From Macrostomum hystrix (Eukaryota > Animalia > Platyhelminthes), in contig CATNEN010000024.1 in assembly GCA_950097015.1 (NCBI GenBank), positions 3,782,001 through 3,846,000 of the forward strand: 64,000 nt of DNA, read 5' to 3'. Under the pieces are notes generated by a model that saw nothing but the letters and a program-made list of their open reading frames with translations, did no database searches and was not told where the DNA came from. Every line of letters begins with the position of its first letter. The first letter of the stretch is position 1. This document shows, piece after piece, positions 22,531 through 35,008 of this stretch. The position numbers and the translations under genes were made by a program.

Positions 22531-23930
22531 TTCGCGTCAGGGTGTCTATAGTGGCCTATATCCATCTGTTGTTGCCCTTGGTCCGAAGGTCCAGCAGTCC
22601 ATTCGGGTGACATGCTGATAAATTTTGAAGGCCTGGCAAGGCCGCACTGAGGCGCAGTGCTAGTTCGTATATAGGGGTGTATGAAATTTTGTATATACGT
22701 ACTCTAGGATACAGATCTAGGATCTGGGATCTAGGATCTAGGATCTGGGATCTAGCGCTTATGGGAAAAATCAGACCTTCGGCCAGAACCGTTGAATAAT
22801 ATCTCGACAGTCTGAAGAGCTAGCAACTTGATTCTTGTTTCAGAAGATTCCTCCGTTCACGCGCAGCACAAAAAATGTGGGTGGAATCTCTAATCGGTAG
22901 TTCTACTGTTAATAGATACAAGTAAGATATAGCAGTAGGCTATAGTAGGCTATAGTTTGAAAAAAAAACACATGAGACAGTAATTTTTTAGCACATTTTA
23001 AACACAAGTAATGCAAAATTCAAAATACTTTATTTTATTTAGAAGGCTCGATACCAACTGAACGAATGTGTCGTAGCTCAATCTAAAACCTTCCTTGCTT
23101 TATACTAAGGCAAGGTAAAACAAGTGATAGTGGGTATATATTCTAAATCCTGACCAGACGAGGAAATAAAATTAAATATTGGATCAATGCTTTTGATGGT
23201 GCCGAATATTTGAGGCTAATAATATATTGTGACAATTAAATATATAGCAAACATTTTATAGTTTAATCGAGGCGTAATTAGCAGGCAAAAACTAGGACTA
23301 AAAAAGCAAAGCATCACTGATAATGACTTTAAAAAACCTAGACTTAAAAAGTGGCAACGCGAATGGCACAGAACAACAAAATAAAACAAATCAGTTAAGA
23401 GCATTTACTGAGCAGGACTAACAAAACTGTAAGTTGTAATACACGAAAGGGACATTGCAACCAGGACAAAAATAAATGAGTCAATAACCTTTGATTTGTT
23501 CTAAAGCAAAACCATTCACAACTAGGCGTCTATTAAAATTTTGATTGAATTAAAACAAAAAAATTAGAATTACAAAGCAAAAAACTGAAAGCTATTATGA
23601 ATTCATTTACCAAGGCTTAATTGTTGACCAAAAGAGACTATTGCGAGAAAATATGTTTGGGCCGATAGGTAGGTAGGCAGGAACAGATAACGATTTGATC
23701 AATTATCACACAAATAAACTGCTTTTCTTCGGATTGGAAACAACTAAACTTCTAATTCGACACAGGAAGCAGACAAAAAAGAAAGTTTCGAATCAGCTGA
23801 TAATAGTTTCCAATCATTGCCTGTACTTGCTTATTTTAAATTATAGATTTTATGTTGAACTATGAAATCATTGTTGATAAACAATCCAGTTATAGAATCG
23901 AAGTCTCAAACAAAATCGAAATCAACAAAC

Positions 23931-26161
23931 CTAACAGGTGTAAATCAAGGTCAAGGATGTCAAATTCAAGGCCTTGCCAGAGCCCTGCTTCCGATCCGGG
24001 AAGAAACTGCGCAAGACTAGAACCTCCGATACCCCAACAACCACAATGACAACAGCCTCAATAACTGACCAGATGCTGACACGGTCGTTCAGATCCTCGG
24101 CAAACATTCTACCACTGGCCTCATTCAATCGGAAATGAGTCTGATAGTCTGTGACAACCTTCAAGGATTCGTGAATAGCCATGGCTGATGTCTCCAGTTG
24201 GGAATGTACGCTGGGCTTTTCATCGCCGGCAATGATTGGTTTCTCTTTGCCAGTGTTAAAATCGATGTAAACCAGTTTGTGAGTGAAGGTGGAGAACTCA
24301 TTTGAAAAGCAGGCCTTATAAACGCCGGCCTTTTCCACTGTGAAATGATGGCTGTCATATTGCTTCTTCTGGCCAGAATAGATGGAATGATCTTCTGGGT
24401 CAAATAACTGCACATCTACATCATAGTTTCCACCAGATATTACCTGTGTTGTTAAAATTTTAGGTGGATTATACACAGTTAAATGCTTTGCTATAGAAAA
24501 ACACATTTGATAAATATTTTTGCCATAATTAAGAAGAAAAAATTATATAACTACTCAATTGCCCTCTATTTGTTAATGCTAAGGGGCTAAACTATGTTCC
24601 AAGAAGAAGCTAGGTCTGCTCATGTAATATACCAGATTACATGATCTAAAGCAGGGGTCGGCAAACTCCGGCCTGCGGGCCAGTTACGGCCCTCGAAGCT
24701 CCCAAATCCAGCCTGTTGCCCCTTCCAACACCTACAGTATCCTGTCTAATCTCTCCCCTATCTCATCTCTCCCCTGTCTCATCTCTCCCCTGTCTCATCT
24801 CTACCCTGTCTTATCTCTCCCCTGTCTCATCTCTCCCTTGTCTCATTTCTAAAGTCTGTGCGGCCTGCTGTGGTCTTTAAGGTTCTCTCTTTGGCCCACT
24901 AGCCAATAAGTTTGCCAACCCCTGATCTAAAGAATCAATATTCTTTAGATTCATTTTTCAGGGTCCTGTGTTTTAAGTATTTTTTAATGTTAGGCTTTTA
25001 AAATCAAAGAACCTTATCTGCTAAACTTTTCACACAAATCATTTGATACAAAGATTTAATTTATCTGTGCTGTAAAAATATAACAATTAGCAGCTATTTT
25101 ATATAGCATAATTTAATAGATTAAACAAATCAGGGTTTTCTAAAGCTAGCATTTAGTTTTTCAAATATATACAAATACATTTATTGTAACAGATGAAGCA
25201 AGTAGATTAGGCCTATATTTTTGCTAGTATGACAAATTATTTGTATAAAGACAAAATCTATCTAAACATGCAATCATACATGCGCAACACCCAGCTGACC
25301 TGACTGAACCGGCCGGGTGAAATGAGGGCCAAGCAAGGTAAGTTGCAAAAACCAATCAACCAAGCACAAAAAAAATCAAAGGGGGGACCAAGGGACAAAA
25401 AAGGGAGGCATGAAGAATAGGAAAAAGGGGAGAGAAAAAAGCAAATGAGAGCAAACTAAGTTGTAAATAGAGCAATGAAATGAAATAAGTTGCAAATGAG
25501 AGCAAACTAAGTCATAAATAGAGCAAAAACTAAGTCGCACGGCAGGCTAAGATTTAGGAGGCTGCACATGTATTCATGCAATTATACCAAGAATGCTATA
25601 TATATAAATAAATAAATTCTCTAACATTTGTATATTTGTTTTTGGTAGGCCCCTACAATAAATCAGTCAAACATCAACAAATCAACCTAGACCCTTCAAA
25701 AGTGCTTGTGTGGACTGTGGGATTGTTAGGGTCCACAAAATGCTGCATGTGAATGGCTGTGATTGACAACAGCATGGTTTTGCAGTTCAAACAAAACTGC
25801 AGAGCAACCAGTGAACCTCCTGGTTAAAAAATGTAAAAAAATAATTCTATGCCACAAACTTGCTAGTTATTTAAAGAAAAACTAAATACAAGTATAATAT
25901 ATATATATATATACAGGCCCATATATGGATGGTTAGTCGAAGAATTATAAACTTAAAGAAATACTTGATGCAATCAGTTATGCAAGCTTAGGATTACTGT
26001 CTTACTTGGTATTCCAAATGAGCCTTTGAGTTGAGTTCTAGAGTTTCGTGAAAACAGTCTTTTCTTTTATCTGGCAGTTCAAAAGTAAGCTCAGCAGAGT
26101 TGGAAAAATCGATCAACATAAATGTAGCTAAAAAGAAAATTATTTTATTAATTGAATGCAT
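23931..26161 (-). CDS. TMED7: p24/TMED family GOLD-domain cargo receptor, TMED7(p24gamma3)-like, 222 aa, 2 exons
   Basis: Exon 1 26006-26161 (MHSINKIIFFLATF..AELTFELPDKRKDCFHE..LEYQ, then GTAAGA); exon 2 23931-24443 (VISGGNYDVD..KKQYDS..CFSNEFSTFTHK..DYQTHFRLNEA..AEDLNDRV..WS, TM, FF). Motifs match TMED7/TMED3 as I recall them; phase-0 intron 24444-26005. Confidence 0.92.
24652..24924. mobile_element. hAT (Charlie-like) MITE, family B (in TMED7 intron)
   Basis: TIR CAGGGGTCGGCAAAC / GTTTGCCAACCCCTG; 8-bp TSD ATCTAAAG on both sides; internal 16-bp repeat TCTCATCTCTCCCCTG. Confidence 0.88.
25275..25574. mobile_element. hAT-type MITE, family A copy 2 (in TMED7 intron)
   Basis: Highly similar to 1167-1447; 8-bp TSD CATGCAAT (25267-25274, 25575-25582); right TIR degenerate. 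Confidence 0.85.
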
Positions 26162-26537
26162 TATTTACTAATTCACAGTAAAAAACTGATCTACTGCAGT
26201 AAAAATATTATACAATTGTAAAAAGGCAAAGAGTTGAAGTATAATAATTTCCGACTGTACACGTTGATGGTGGATTCTAGGAATACTTTTATCACAGTCG
26301 CATAAAACCGAACGTATTAATTTCCCGATTGACATTCACATTCACATTCACATTCAAAAAAGAGTATTGTAACTTAAAAATAAGCATTCAATTACAGCGA
26401 AACTTAACAGATCTGCTGATCTAACTAAGATAACGTTCTAAAAAAATATATTTTTCATTTTTGTCAATACATAAAAGAATTACACAGCTTTGAAGTTCGC
26501 TCCTATCTCCGCAGTGTATTTTCTTGTACTTTCAAAA

Positions 26538-27522
26538 ATGCACTTCTACTGCGTCAATCGCAATGAAAATTTACAAAACCTCTGATGCAATCGAGTTGAT
26601 GGGATGTGTGAAATTTCAGACTGATTCATGAAAGCGTCTGCGAGTTATTCAAGGTTAAAGTGTGTTTCGTATCTCCGTAGTGTATTTTTGGGAGCCAACA
26701 CAAATCTACTCGTATCTGCAGATTATATCCAGTGTTCATACCGTGTATATGTATACAAAACTTGCGTCAGGGAAAGCTGGATCGCAATAGGGACAGACAA
26801 GTCCCTGCGGTGTCACGGAGTAATTTTGGATACCTTCCAGACGTACGCTCGCGCATTCCCCAGGTATTATAGTGACAAATACGTCGGAAACGTCAGACTT
26901 ATGCCTAGCATAATGCTGCGCCCGTATAGACAGGTAAATATGCCACAACTGTTTGAGTCGCTTTGCGTGCAATGCTCAAACACGCCAGCGCAAAAAGTGG
27001 GGCGATCAGACTCGTGCATGTGTAATCCCATGCCACACATCGTACAGCGCCTGGTAGAGTATCGGATTGAAGAAGATAGCTGGAAAAGAAAACTGCAAAA
27101 TCATAGCTCACAAATCGTTATAAACATGCAGTGCCACAACTAAATCCTCATATGTAGCATTTCTTCACGTAGTGAAATTTTTGCAAAATGCTTTGAAAGT
27201 CTTCTTCAATAGGTGAACTGAATCTGGACAACGTATTCAGCTCAAAAACTAAGCGAAGTGGGAGGCTGATGTGAAGCAGAAAGAAATGGCTTCCCGTGTA
27301 CATTATAATCAGAGTATCTTGATATATTCTGATCAATTATATATTGCCTGCGAATGTCAAGCTGGCTCCCAAAAATGCACTACGGAGATACGAAACACAC
27401 TTTAACCTTGAATAACTCGCAGACGCTTTCATGAATCAGTCTGAAATTTTACACATCCAATCAACTCGATTGCATCAGAGGTTTTGTAAATTTTTATTGC
27501 GATTGATGCAGTAGAAGTGCAT
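26538..27522. mobile_element. Element with long inverted repeats (foldback/MULE-like candidate)
   Basis: Arms 26538-26699 and 27361-27522 are reverse complements with about 6 mismatches in ~162 bp; ~660-bp unique interior; no TSD identified. Confidence 0.6.
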
Positions 27523-28855
27523 AGGTAGAAATTTTTAAGACGAAAGCTTTAAAGCTTGCTGATTTGTTTTAAATTAAAAAATGCTTTGCAAAAAATCAGA
27601 CAGCTAATTATTGAGTGAAGCAAATCGTATCGTCAGACTTATAAAATTATACAAGCTAGGTAGCACTTTGCATAAAAATACACTATATTCGCATTTCTCT
27701 TGGAGTGAATCCAAACGGTGATACGAGCTATACCAACGACTATAAAATACGAGAATATATATTTTTACGGATGCCTTTGTAATGAGCACCATTTTTTCTA
27801 TAGTGATTTTTAACGTCTGCAGTGTCCGTTAAAGTTTTGTTGTTGATACTATTTCTTGAATTAGTATATTTTTCTATAGTGTTATTGTTAGGTTATAGAG
27901 TACATTTATCCTTGCGGTGGTAGTGTCTGCGCAGCCATCAATTTATCTCATAAAGTCAGCTTACCGGTCCGAGTCAGCCAGGCGAGCTACCCTAAAATCT
28001 ACCCATGCAGTGCTGCAGTTCCAACCAATCAGCGGGTGCGAGTGTTACAGTTCCAGTCTGCCGCGGCTCAGGGCACCCCGCGGCTCAAGAAAGCCACCGC
28101 AGCTGCTGTGTATTGTCTGCCCCGAGCGACCGGACAAATGACCCAGGCCGGGCCGCTTGATCTTATGAATTTTTGTGACTACAAAACGCCTGTGTCACGC
28201 ACCCTTCCTCACCCTCTTGTTCCACCTTCTGTTTCACAAAATCGGTCCCGCTCTCATTTCCCTCGGTAAGTATTAAGAGAACGATATGCCGCTGTGTGCA
28301 AAGCCGCGCGTTGTAAGCGTGTTATATCAGCCCGATTCCTTCTCCTCATTCCCCTGCACGACCGCAGTAGTCTCACAATCGGCGCTTGTAGTCTGAAGGG
28401 ATTGTTGTCGGCGAGCGCCGTCTAGACAGGAACTGGTGGTTCTGCTGAGTACGCGACCTCGACCCCGAGGATCTAGTCGTTTGGCAAAGGAGAGGCACCG
28501 ATGATAGGATTTTTCAGACCTCGCATGAGAAACAGCGCAGACGCGGTTAAACTGCGGTTTAAGTAGTGTAGAAGCTCTAACTGAGAGGCTTTGAAAAATT
28601 GTTTTGGCAACAACACAAAATTCATGAAACAAAAAAATGTCACTATGTTTTTATTTTATATTAACGAGTATAAAAATTTCTTAATAATAAATAATCAAAG
28701 TACGTTTTAATAAGCTTGGCGCTTAAATAGATCGTTAACTATATGCTCCGATTGATTAGAGCAAACGCCAGGTCGGCATTAATCGGTAAAATGTATAAAT
28801 AATCAAATAAATACAAGAACTAAAAGCAGCATTAGATTTTCAGTTTGCTTCGGAA

Positions 28856-31800
28856 TTATTTAACAACTTGATTCTCAGAAGCAGCTGTTGTTGCGTCGGT
28901 GTCCGATGTAAGAAGTGCGCAGGCAGCACCACAGTTAACGTCAAGACCATTCATGTTTTGATGCGGATTTAGCTTTCCAACTTCTTCATTCTGTGTTGCA
29001 GCATTATTGCAGTGATGGTCCGCAGTCGTCTCCTTGGTGACAATATTGCATAGGTCTCTTCCGACCAGCCTCTCAAGCAGCAGTGCGGCACTGGCGCAGA
29101 TCATGCACAGGCCGGCCAGCGCAAAACTGTACTTAAAAGTTCCCGTTCTGTCTTTCAGGTAACCTGCAATGCAAACAACATACGCAAGTTAATTAATTAA
29201 CTATTTTCTAGTCTATAATTAGCCGCCCAACTCACCAAGAAGCGTTTGACCAGGGAAAGTAGAAAATGTCCATGACGAGCAGACAATGGAATGAACGATG
29301 CTGAGATTGGCAATGCCAACAAACCACACTAAAACGCTGGTGATGATGCTCATGTAGATGCCGCCCGATGCTCCGGCTGCAACAGCGTAGGCAGCGAATA
29401 GGATTGTTCTATTTGTCGGATCCAACAGCCTGCCTGAACAGAAGGCGGTGAATATGCACACGACACCCATGGAGGTCATGCCCAATATGGCGATGCTGGA
29501 CTTGCGCCACTGGCTGTGCCGGTCCGACAGGCAGCCGGTGAGCACGCGGGCCACTAGGTCTGACAGGCCTGAGGAGAGGAACGAAGAGTAAAATTTGTGG
29601 GACTAGTCAAGCTTTGACTGAAGTATGCAAGCATACTGGGGGTGAGTAGCAGAGCGGTCTAACGCGTTTGACTCTCGCACCAATTAGGTCCCTGAGTTCG
29701 ATTCCGCGGCGAGGCCACATTTATTTGAAGCTAAGCCGCAGAGAGAAGGCTTGGGGGCTTGTCGTGCAATTTACACACCTGAGGGCTAACCTCGAAGGCA
29801 CAGTGAAAGTGTACACTGCCTGATGATGAGAAAGTCAGGGCAGATGTACACACCTGTGTGATCGTGCGTGTGCATGTGTGCTCAGGAGTCAGTGGAATGG
29901 TCAGAATTTCCTCCCCGCTGGCTGCGTGTCTAGTGTCACCAAATGATGTACCATTGCCTGCAGCTAACAATTAATATTGTTATGCAAGCACGGAAAGGTG
30001 GACCAACACCTATTAATTGATTTCACCTGTCCGAATTGGCTCAAATATGCAGCCTACAGCACAGCCGCAGTCATTGCGCGGCGCATCTGTAGGCTGCGTA
30101 CGGCTGGTGAGATGCCGAACCCAACCTCAATCACTCCAGCCAATTCTGCAGTGGCCATTTAACGTTGGTTAAACTGAAACAATGCAGAGTTAAGTGTCTT
30201 GCTAAAGGACACATTTTATAGTTAGAGTCGGGAATCGAACCCCTGACCTTCAAGCCGTTAGTCCAACGCTCTAATCACTAGGTCCATTACCAGGCTACAA
30301 CCGCCTTGTAGCCTAAAACCAACCAACCAAGCAACACCCTGAACTGCATCGTCTGTCTCCATTCTTTCTCGCACAACAAGCTGCGGAGAACTTAGAATAA
30401 AAGTCTCATGCCAACTCTTCACGAGGGCCAAACCCGACGCTCTAGCTCCGACATTTTCAGGCTCGAGATCATCCAGCTGCTGGCCCTGCATCTCAGGGAG
30501 TCCTCTCAGGCCTACCATAGGCGAAGACCTAGCTGCTTGCAGCCAGCACCGTTGAGCACAAGCTTACCATTGATCGCCACCAGAATGGCGGTGGTGCCAT
30601 TCGGCGTGGCAAACTCAGCCAGGTAGAGCGGATAGATGACGTATTGCGTAGTGAAGCCCAGATTAGATAGCATAGTAGCCGCAATGTAGATCAGCATTAG
30701 CCTGCGCTGACTGCGGGACAGGCTGGCTAGGCGGCCGCGGACCGAGCTGTCCAGCCTCTGTCGCTGATGAGGCTGGTGACCCTTGATACGACTACTGTAA
30801 GAATAGAGGAATGTAGAGCATCTTATAGAGCTCCTTACAGAGCGAGTAGAGCATGCACCAGCTTGGTTTGTGAAGTTCATACATGAGTACGAGTATTAAT
30901 AATTGGTGCGAGAGTTTGATACCGAACTCCTTTAAAAGTTTTAATTAAGACTCGTATCTTAAGCAAGGTGCAGTGGCAGTGAGTGCCTGGCGGAGCGATA
31001 ACGTGCCCGATTAGTGTATATACACTGACTGACGATGAAACATTCAGATACAAATGTATATACCTTCGCTGGCTGCAGGTCGACCCGCAAATTATTTTTT
31101 AATATGGTGCGGTGGCAAGGGGGTGCGAGGCAGAGCGGTTAAGCGTTTGCCTTTTGCACCAATGTCAACTGAGCTCGATTCCGCGGCGAGGCCACATTCA
31201 TTTGGAGCGCAGCCGCGGAGAGAAGGCTTGGGGGCTTGTCGTGCAATTTACGCCCTTGAGGGCCAACCTCCAAGACACAGTGAGAGTGTAACCTGCCTGA
31301 CAATCAGAAAATCAGGGCAGATGACCACACCCTGTGTGAGTGGCAGAATTGCCTCCTCGCTGGTTGTTGATCTTCTGTCACTTGATGATGTGCCATAGCC
31401 CGCAGCCCTCCAGCAATTACTACTGTTATTATTGTTATTAAGGTGTTGTTACCTCGAGTCGTGTTTCGCAGTTTGGTCGGGGCAGCCAGCCAGTTCACCA
31501 AGCCTGCTGCTGCCGAACTGGGACACACTGCCAACCAGACTGACGCTGAGCACTTCCTCCGCCTTTGAGTCGTCCTTGGTAGCGTCATCCTCTTCCTGTT
31601 TCAGCTGTTGCGTCGTCACAGGAACCTCGACAGCTAGCCTCCGACGAACGATGCTCGTTGGCATTAGCATGCCGACAATGACAAGGTGTAGAAAGTAGGC
31701 CCCAATCAGTAGGCAGCAGCCGGACACTGAGTAGTAATCAGAAAGTCTGGTGAACACCAACGGCATGACGATTGCCCCGGCGCTGCTACCGGCGAACGAG

Positions 31801-33508
31801 ATGCCATTGGCAAGGTCGCGTCGACGCTCGAAGCACTCGTTGGCCTTGCAGATGACGGAGCTGTAGCAGGCGGACAGGCTGGCACCTGTGCAGAAGCCGA
31901 GGCATGCGACCCACAGGGGCAGGCTGAATGCCGCGTACAGAAGGCACATGGACAGGCAGATTGTCAGCCCACTGGTGATCACCATGAACCGGAGTGGCAC
32001 CCGGCGGGAGACAATGCTGAACAATGGCGCTGCATTCGTGTTGTTGGAAACATGGCAGCTCACATCATTGCCAATATAGTTTAAATGTACTATTATACTA
32101 GGTTTAAGTATTGCAAGTAACAGATTTCTTCTCAATCATATGCACGGTTCCAATCTTTCTATGTTCATGATGTTCTGGTGACACTGCACTCACACAATCA
32201 TCTACCAGTGCTGTGCCTTCATGATGTTCTAGTGACACTGCACTCACACGATCATCTACCAGTGCTGTGCCTTCATGATGTTCTGGTGACACTGCACTCA
32301 CACGATCATCTACCAGTGCTGTGCCTTCATGATGTTCTAGTGACACTGCACTCACACAATCATCTACCAGTGCTGTGCCTTCATGATGTTCTGGTGACAC
32401 TGCACTCACACGATCATCTACCAGTGCTGTGCCTTCATGATGTTCTGGTGACACTGCACTCACACGATCATCTACCAGTGCTGTGCCTTCATGATGTTCT
32501 AGTGACACTGCACTCACACAATCATCTACCAGTGCTGTGCCTTCATGATGTTCTAGTGACACTGCACTCACACAATCATCTACCAGTGCTGTGCCTTCAT
32601 GATGTTCTAGTGACACTGCACTCACACGATCATCTACCAGTGCTGTGCCTTCATGATGTTCTGGTGACACTGCACTCACACAATCATCTACCAGTGCTGT
32701 GCCTTCATGATGTTCTGGTGACACTGCACTCACACAATCATCTACCAGTGCTGTGCCTTCATGATGTTCTGGTGACACTGCACTCACACGATCATCTACC
32801 AGTGCTGTGCCTTCATGATGTTCTGGTGACACTGCACTCACACGATCATCTACCAGTGCTGTGCCTTCATGATGTTCTAGTGACACTGCACTCACACAAT
32901 CATCTACCAGTGCTGTGCCTTCATGATGTTCTAGTGTCACTGCACTCACACAATCATCTACCAGTGCTGTGCCTTCATGATGTTCTAGTGATCATCTACG
33001 AGGCCAACTCAAAAGGCACAGTGAAGTGTACACTGCCTGATGATGAGAAAGTCAGGGCAGATGTACACACCTGTGTGCGTGTGCCTGCGTACGGTATCTG
33101 TGTGCGTGTGCTTTCAGGAGTCAGTGGAATGGGCAGAATTGCCTCCTCGCTGGCTGCGGGTCTAGTGTCACCATGTGATGTGCCATTGCCCGCAGCTCTC
33201 CTGCAAGTATTATTATAAACATTATTAGTACTTCGTAGCACTCACATAGAATATTGATGAGCGACAATGTGGCCGATGTGACAAACAAGATGAGAGTGTT
33301 GGAGCAGTTAAAATAGGCTTGGAATTCTCGCATCAAAATGCCAGTTGACTTCAGATAGCCAATCACAATGAACTGCATCAGAAATGCGCCTAGAACCAGA
33401 CAGAATATGGGTAAAATTGTATTATAAAAGCAAAATATGGATGCAAAATGAAAGACACGAACCTGAAATAACAACCCATGCTGTGGGTCCATCCACTGTG
33501 ACCTTCAT
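28856..33508 (-). CDS. MFS transporter, SLC16/monocarboxylate-transporter family, ~544 aa, 6 coding exons
   Basis: Exons 33463-33508 (MKVTVDGPTAWVVISG, variant of the MCT DGGWGW motif), 33246-33389, 31453-32029 (CFERRRDLANGISFAGSSAG), 30568-30794, 29236-29568 (ARVLTGCLSD), 28856-29163 (GYLKDRTGTFKYSFALAG). GT-AG introns with matching phases; total 1635 nt, divisible by 3. Confidence 0.88.
29638..29975 (+). mobile_element. tRNA-derived SINE family A, full length (SLC16 intron, antisense to gene)
   Basis: Head GGGGGTGAGTAGCAGAGCGGTCTAACGCG..GAGTTCGATTCC (A and B boxes), conserved body, AT-rich tail. Confidence 0.85.
30025..30290 (-). mobile_element. CORE-SINE copy (SLC16 intron)
   Basis: Reverse complement aligns with 13334-13620 over head, CORE and 3' body. 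Confidence 0.75.
31119..31441 (+). mobile_element. tRNA-derived SINE family A, full length (SLC16 intron, antisense to gene)
   Basis: Matches the family consensus; (ATT/ACT)n-like tail ends about 10 nt from the splice donor at 31452. Confidence 0.85.
32163..32992. repeat. Minisatellite, 54-bp unit, in SLC16 intron 2
   Basis: About 15 nearly identical units differing at two main positions; open ORFs on both strands follow from the unit length. Confidence 0.92.
33000..33225 (+). mobile_element. SINE family A, 5'-truncated (SLC16 intron)
   Basis: Body and tail match the consensus (GTACACTGCCTGATGATGAGAAAGTCAGGGCAGATG..GATGTGCCATTGCCCGCAG). Confidence 0.8.
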
Positions 33509-34329
33509 AGTTATAACCTGGTTAAAATTAAATAGTTAAAAGAACGACTATAGATCTATTAATTTCAGTAAGCATGACAAAGAAGGTCACGAAAATATCA
33601 GGTTGTCAGATTTGCAATCCTCCAATTGATTTTTTTTCAAATTAGCTGTGAGGTTTTTTCAATCAGCCCGTACTCTTGTCGCACGAGTTGGAGTTTGGTC
33701 TTTGCTCAGGCCGATACTATCTGGAAGTTGTCTCATCGGTTAGAGCGGAAAATGGTATTGGGTGATTACAATCCTCTGTGGTCTTCCTACTGGTAATAGG
33801 ACTCACCGCTTGTGCTCCTGTGACAGATAAACCAACAGACAAATTATTTTTATTGGCGATGGATGCTGCACAGACCTTTTTATCCTTTCTAAAGCAGAAA
33901 AAATTCTTTCAAATTTAATTTGCTTTTAAGAGAACACGATTCAAAAGGTACTTGTATTTTTCACAATGCACATAATAGCCTTACACTTGTGGTGTTATAG
34001 TCAGACAGAAAGCAATTAGATAATGCAAGAAAAGAAGCAGATTGGCTGTGACCGAGTTCTTATCAGTGCCGCAGAAGATTGCAGCACCTGTGAGTGCCTG
34101 CTGACTCATGCGACTGATCGAGAGCGTTTTAGTACCTCCCTTAATACCTTGTATTTTCACACCTTCACCGTATGTGAAAAATTACAATTGCCAGCATATC
34201 AGAATCTAACTGACTGCTCTATTAAAAAACGAAAGTACTTTATAAGTAGACAAAAGCTCTATTTTATTTGGATCTAGGCACATTAAAATATTTTTTTGAG
34301 AAATCCACGTGCTGTGCAGCTAATCGTTT

Positions 34330-34816
34330 CTGGATCTGCAGCTAGAGTCGTAGCTAGATCTGGAGCTAGAGTCGTAGCTGGATCAGCAGCTAGAGTCGTA
34401 GCTGGATCAGCAGCTCGAGTCGTAGCTGGATCAGCAGCTAGAGTCGTAGCTGGATCAGCAGCTAGAGTCGTAGCTGGACCAGCAGCTCGAGTCGTAGCTG
34501 GATCAGCAGCTCGAGTCGTAGCTGGATCAGCAGCTCGAGTCGTAGCTGGATCAGCAGCTCGAGTCGTAGCTGGATCAGCAGCTCGAGTCGTAGCTGGATC
34601 AGCAGCTCGAGTCGTAGCTGGATCAGCAGCTCGAGTCGTAGCTGGATCAGCAGCTCGAGTCGTAGCTGGATCAGCAGCTCGAGTCGTAGCTGGATCAGCA
34701 GCTCGAGTCGTAGCTGGATCAGCAGCTCGAGTCGTAGCTGGATCAGCAGCTAGAGTCGTAGCTGGATCAGCAGCTCGAGTCGTAGCTGGATCAGCAGCTC
34801 GAGTCGTAGCTGGATA
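34330..34816. repeat. Minisatellite, 24-bp unit (AGCTCGAGTCGTAGCTGGATCAGC)
   Basis: About 20 units; related array at 37440-37585. Confidence 0.92.
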
Positions 34817-35008
34817 AGCAGATAGAATCTTTGAAAAACTCGGCTATCCAAGAACATGTTGAGAACATGCCATAAACAATGTCTTTTGACTGAAAACTTC
34901 AGTTCTGAACTGGCATGCAAGCTTGATATATTTTTCGAACGCAATGAATAGTTTTGTCAAAAAGCGGATAACAATTAAAAACCAGTATTGTTACTATGTC
35001 CATAGGCA

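Noticed and set aside
27900-28640. GC-richer segment with 70-100-aa ORFs between the inverted-repeat element and SLC16
   Set aside because: No recognisable motif or consistent splice signals in any frame.
29810-29850. CTGATGA..GAAA in SINE-A resembling a hammerhead ribozyme core
   Set aside because: Only 3 nt separate the boxes, so there is no stem II, and there is no properly placed stem III or NUH site. A simple hairpin explains the sequence better.
31010-31070. CTGACGA-T-GAAACATT..AATGTA, a hammerhead-like arrangement with a stem III and GUA
   Set aside because: Stem II is absent (1 nt) and stem I pairs for only one base. Similar near-misses at ~10830, ~22813 and ~58385 also fail.
32163-32992. 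Regular repeat arrays as CRISPR loci
   Set aside because: Units are contiguous with no unique spacers, there are no cas genes, and the context is eukaryotic. The same holds for all arrays in the window.
33121-33492. ORF-track start MDPQHGLLFQ as the SLC16 N-terminus
   Set aside because: A different frame gives the family motif (VDGPTAWVVISG) and splices through a 73-nt GT-AG intron in the correct phase.
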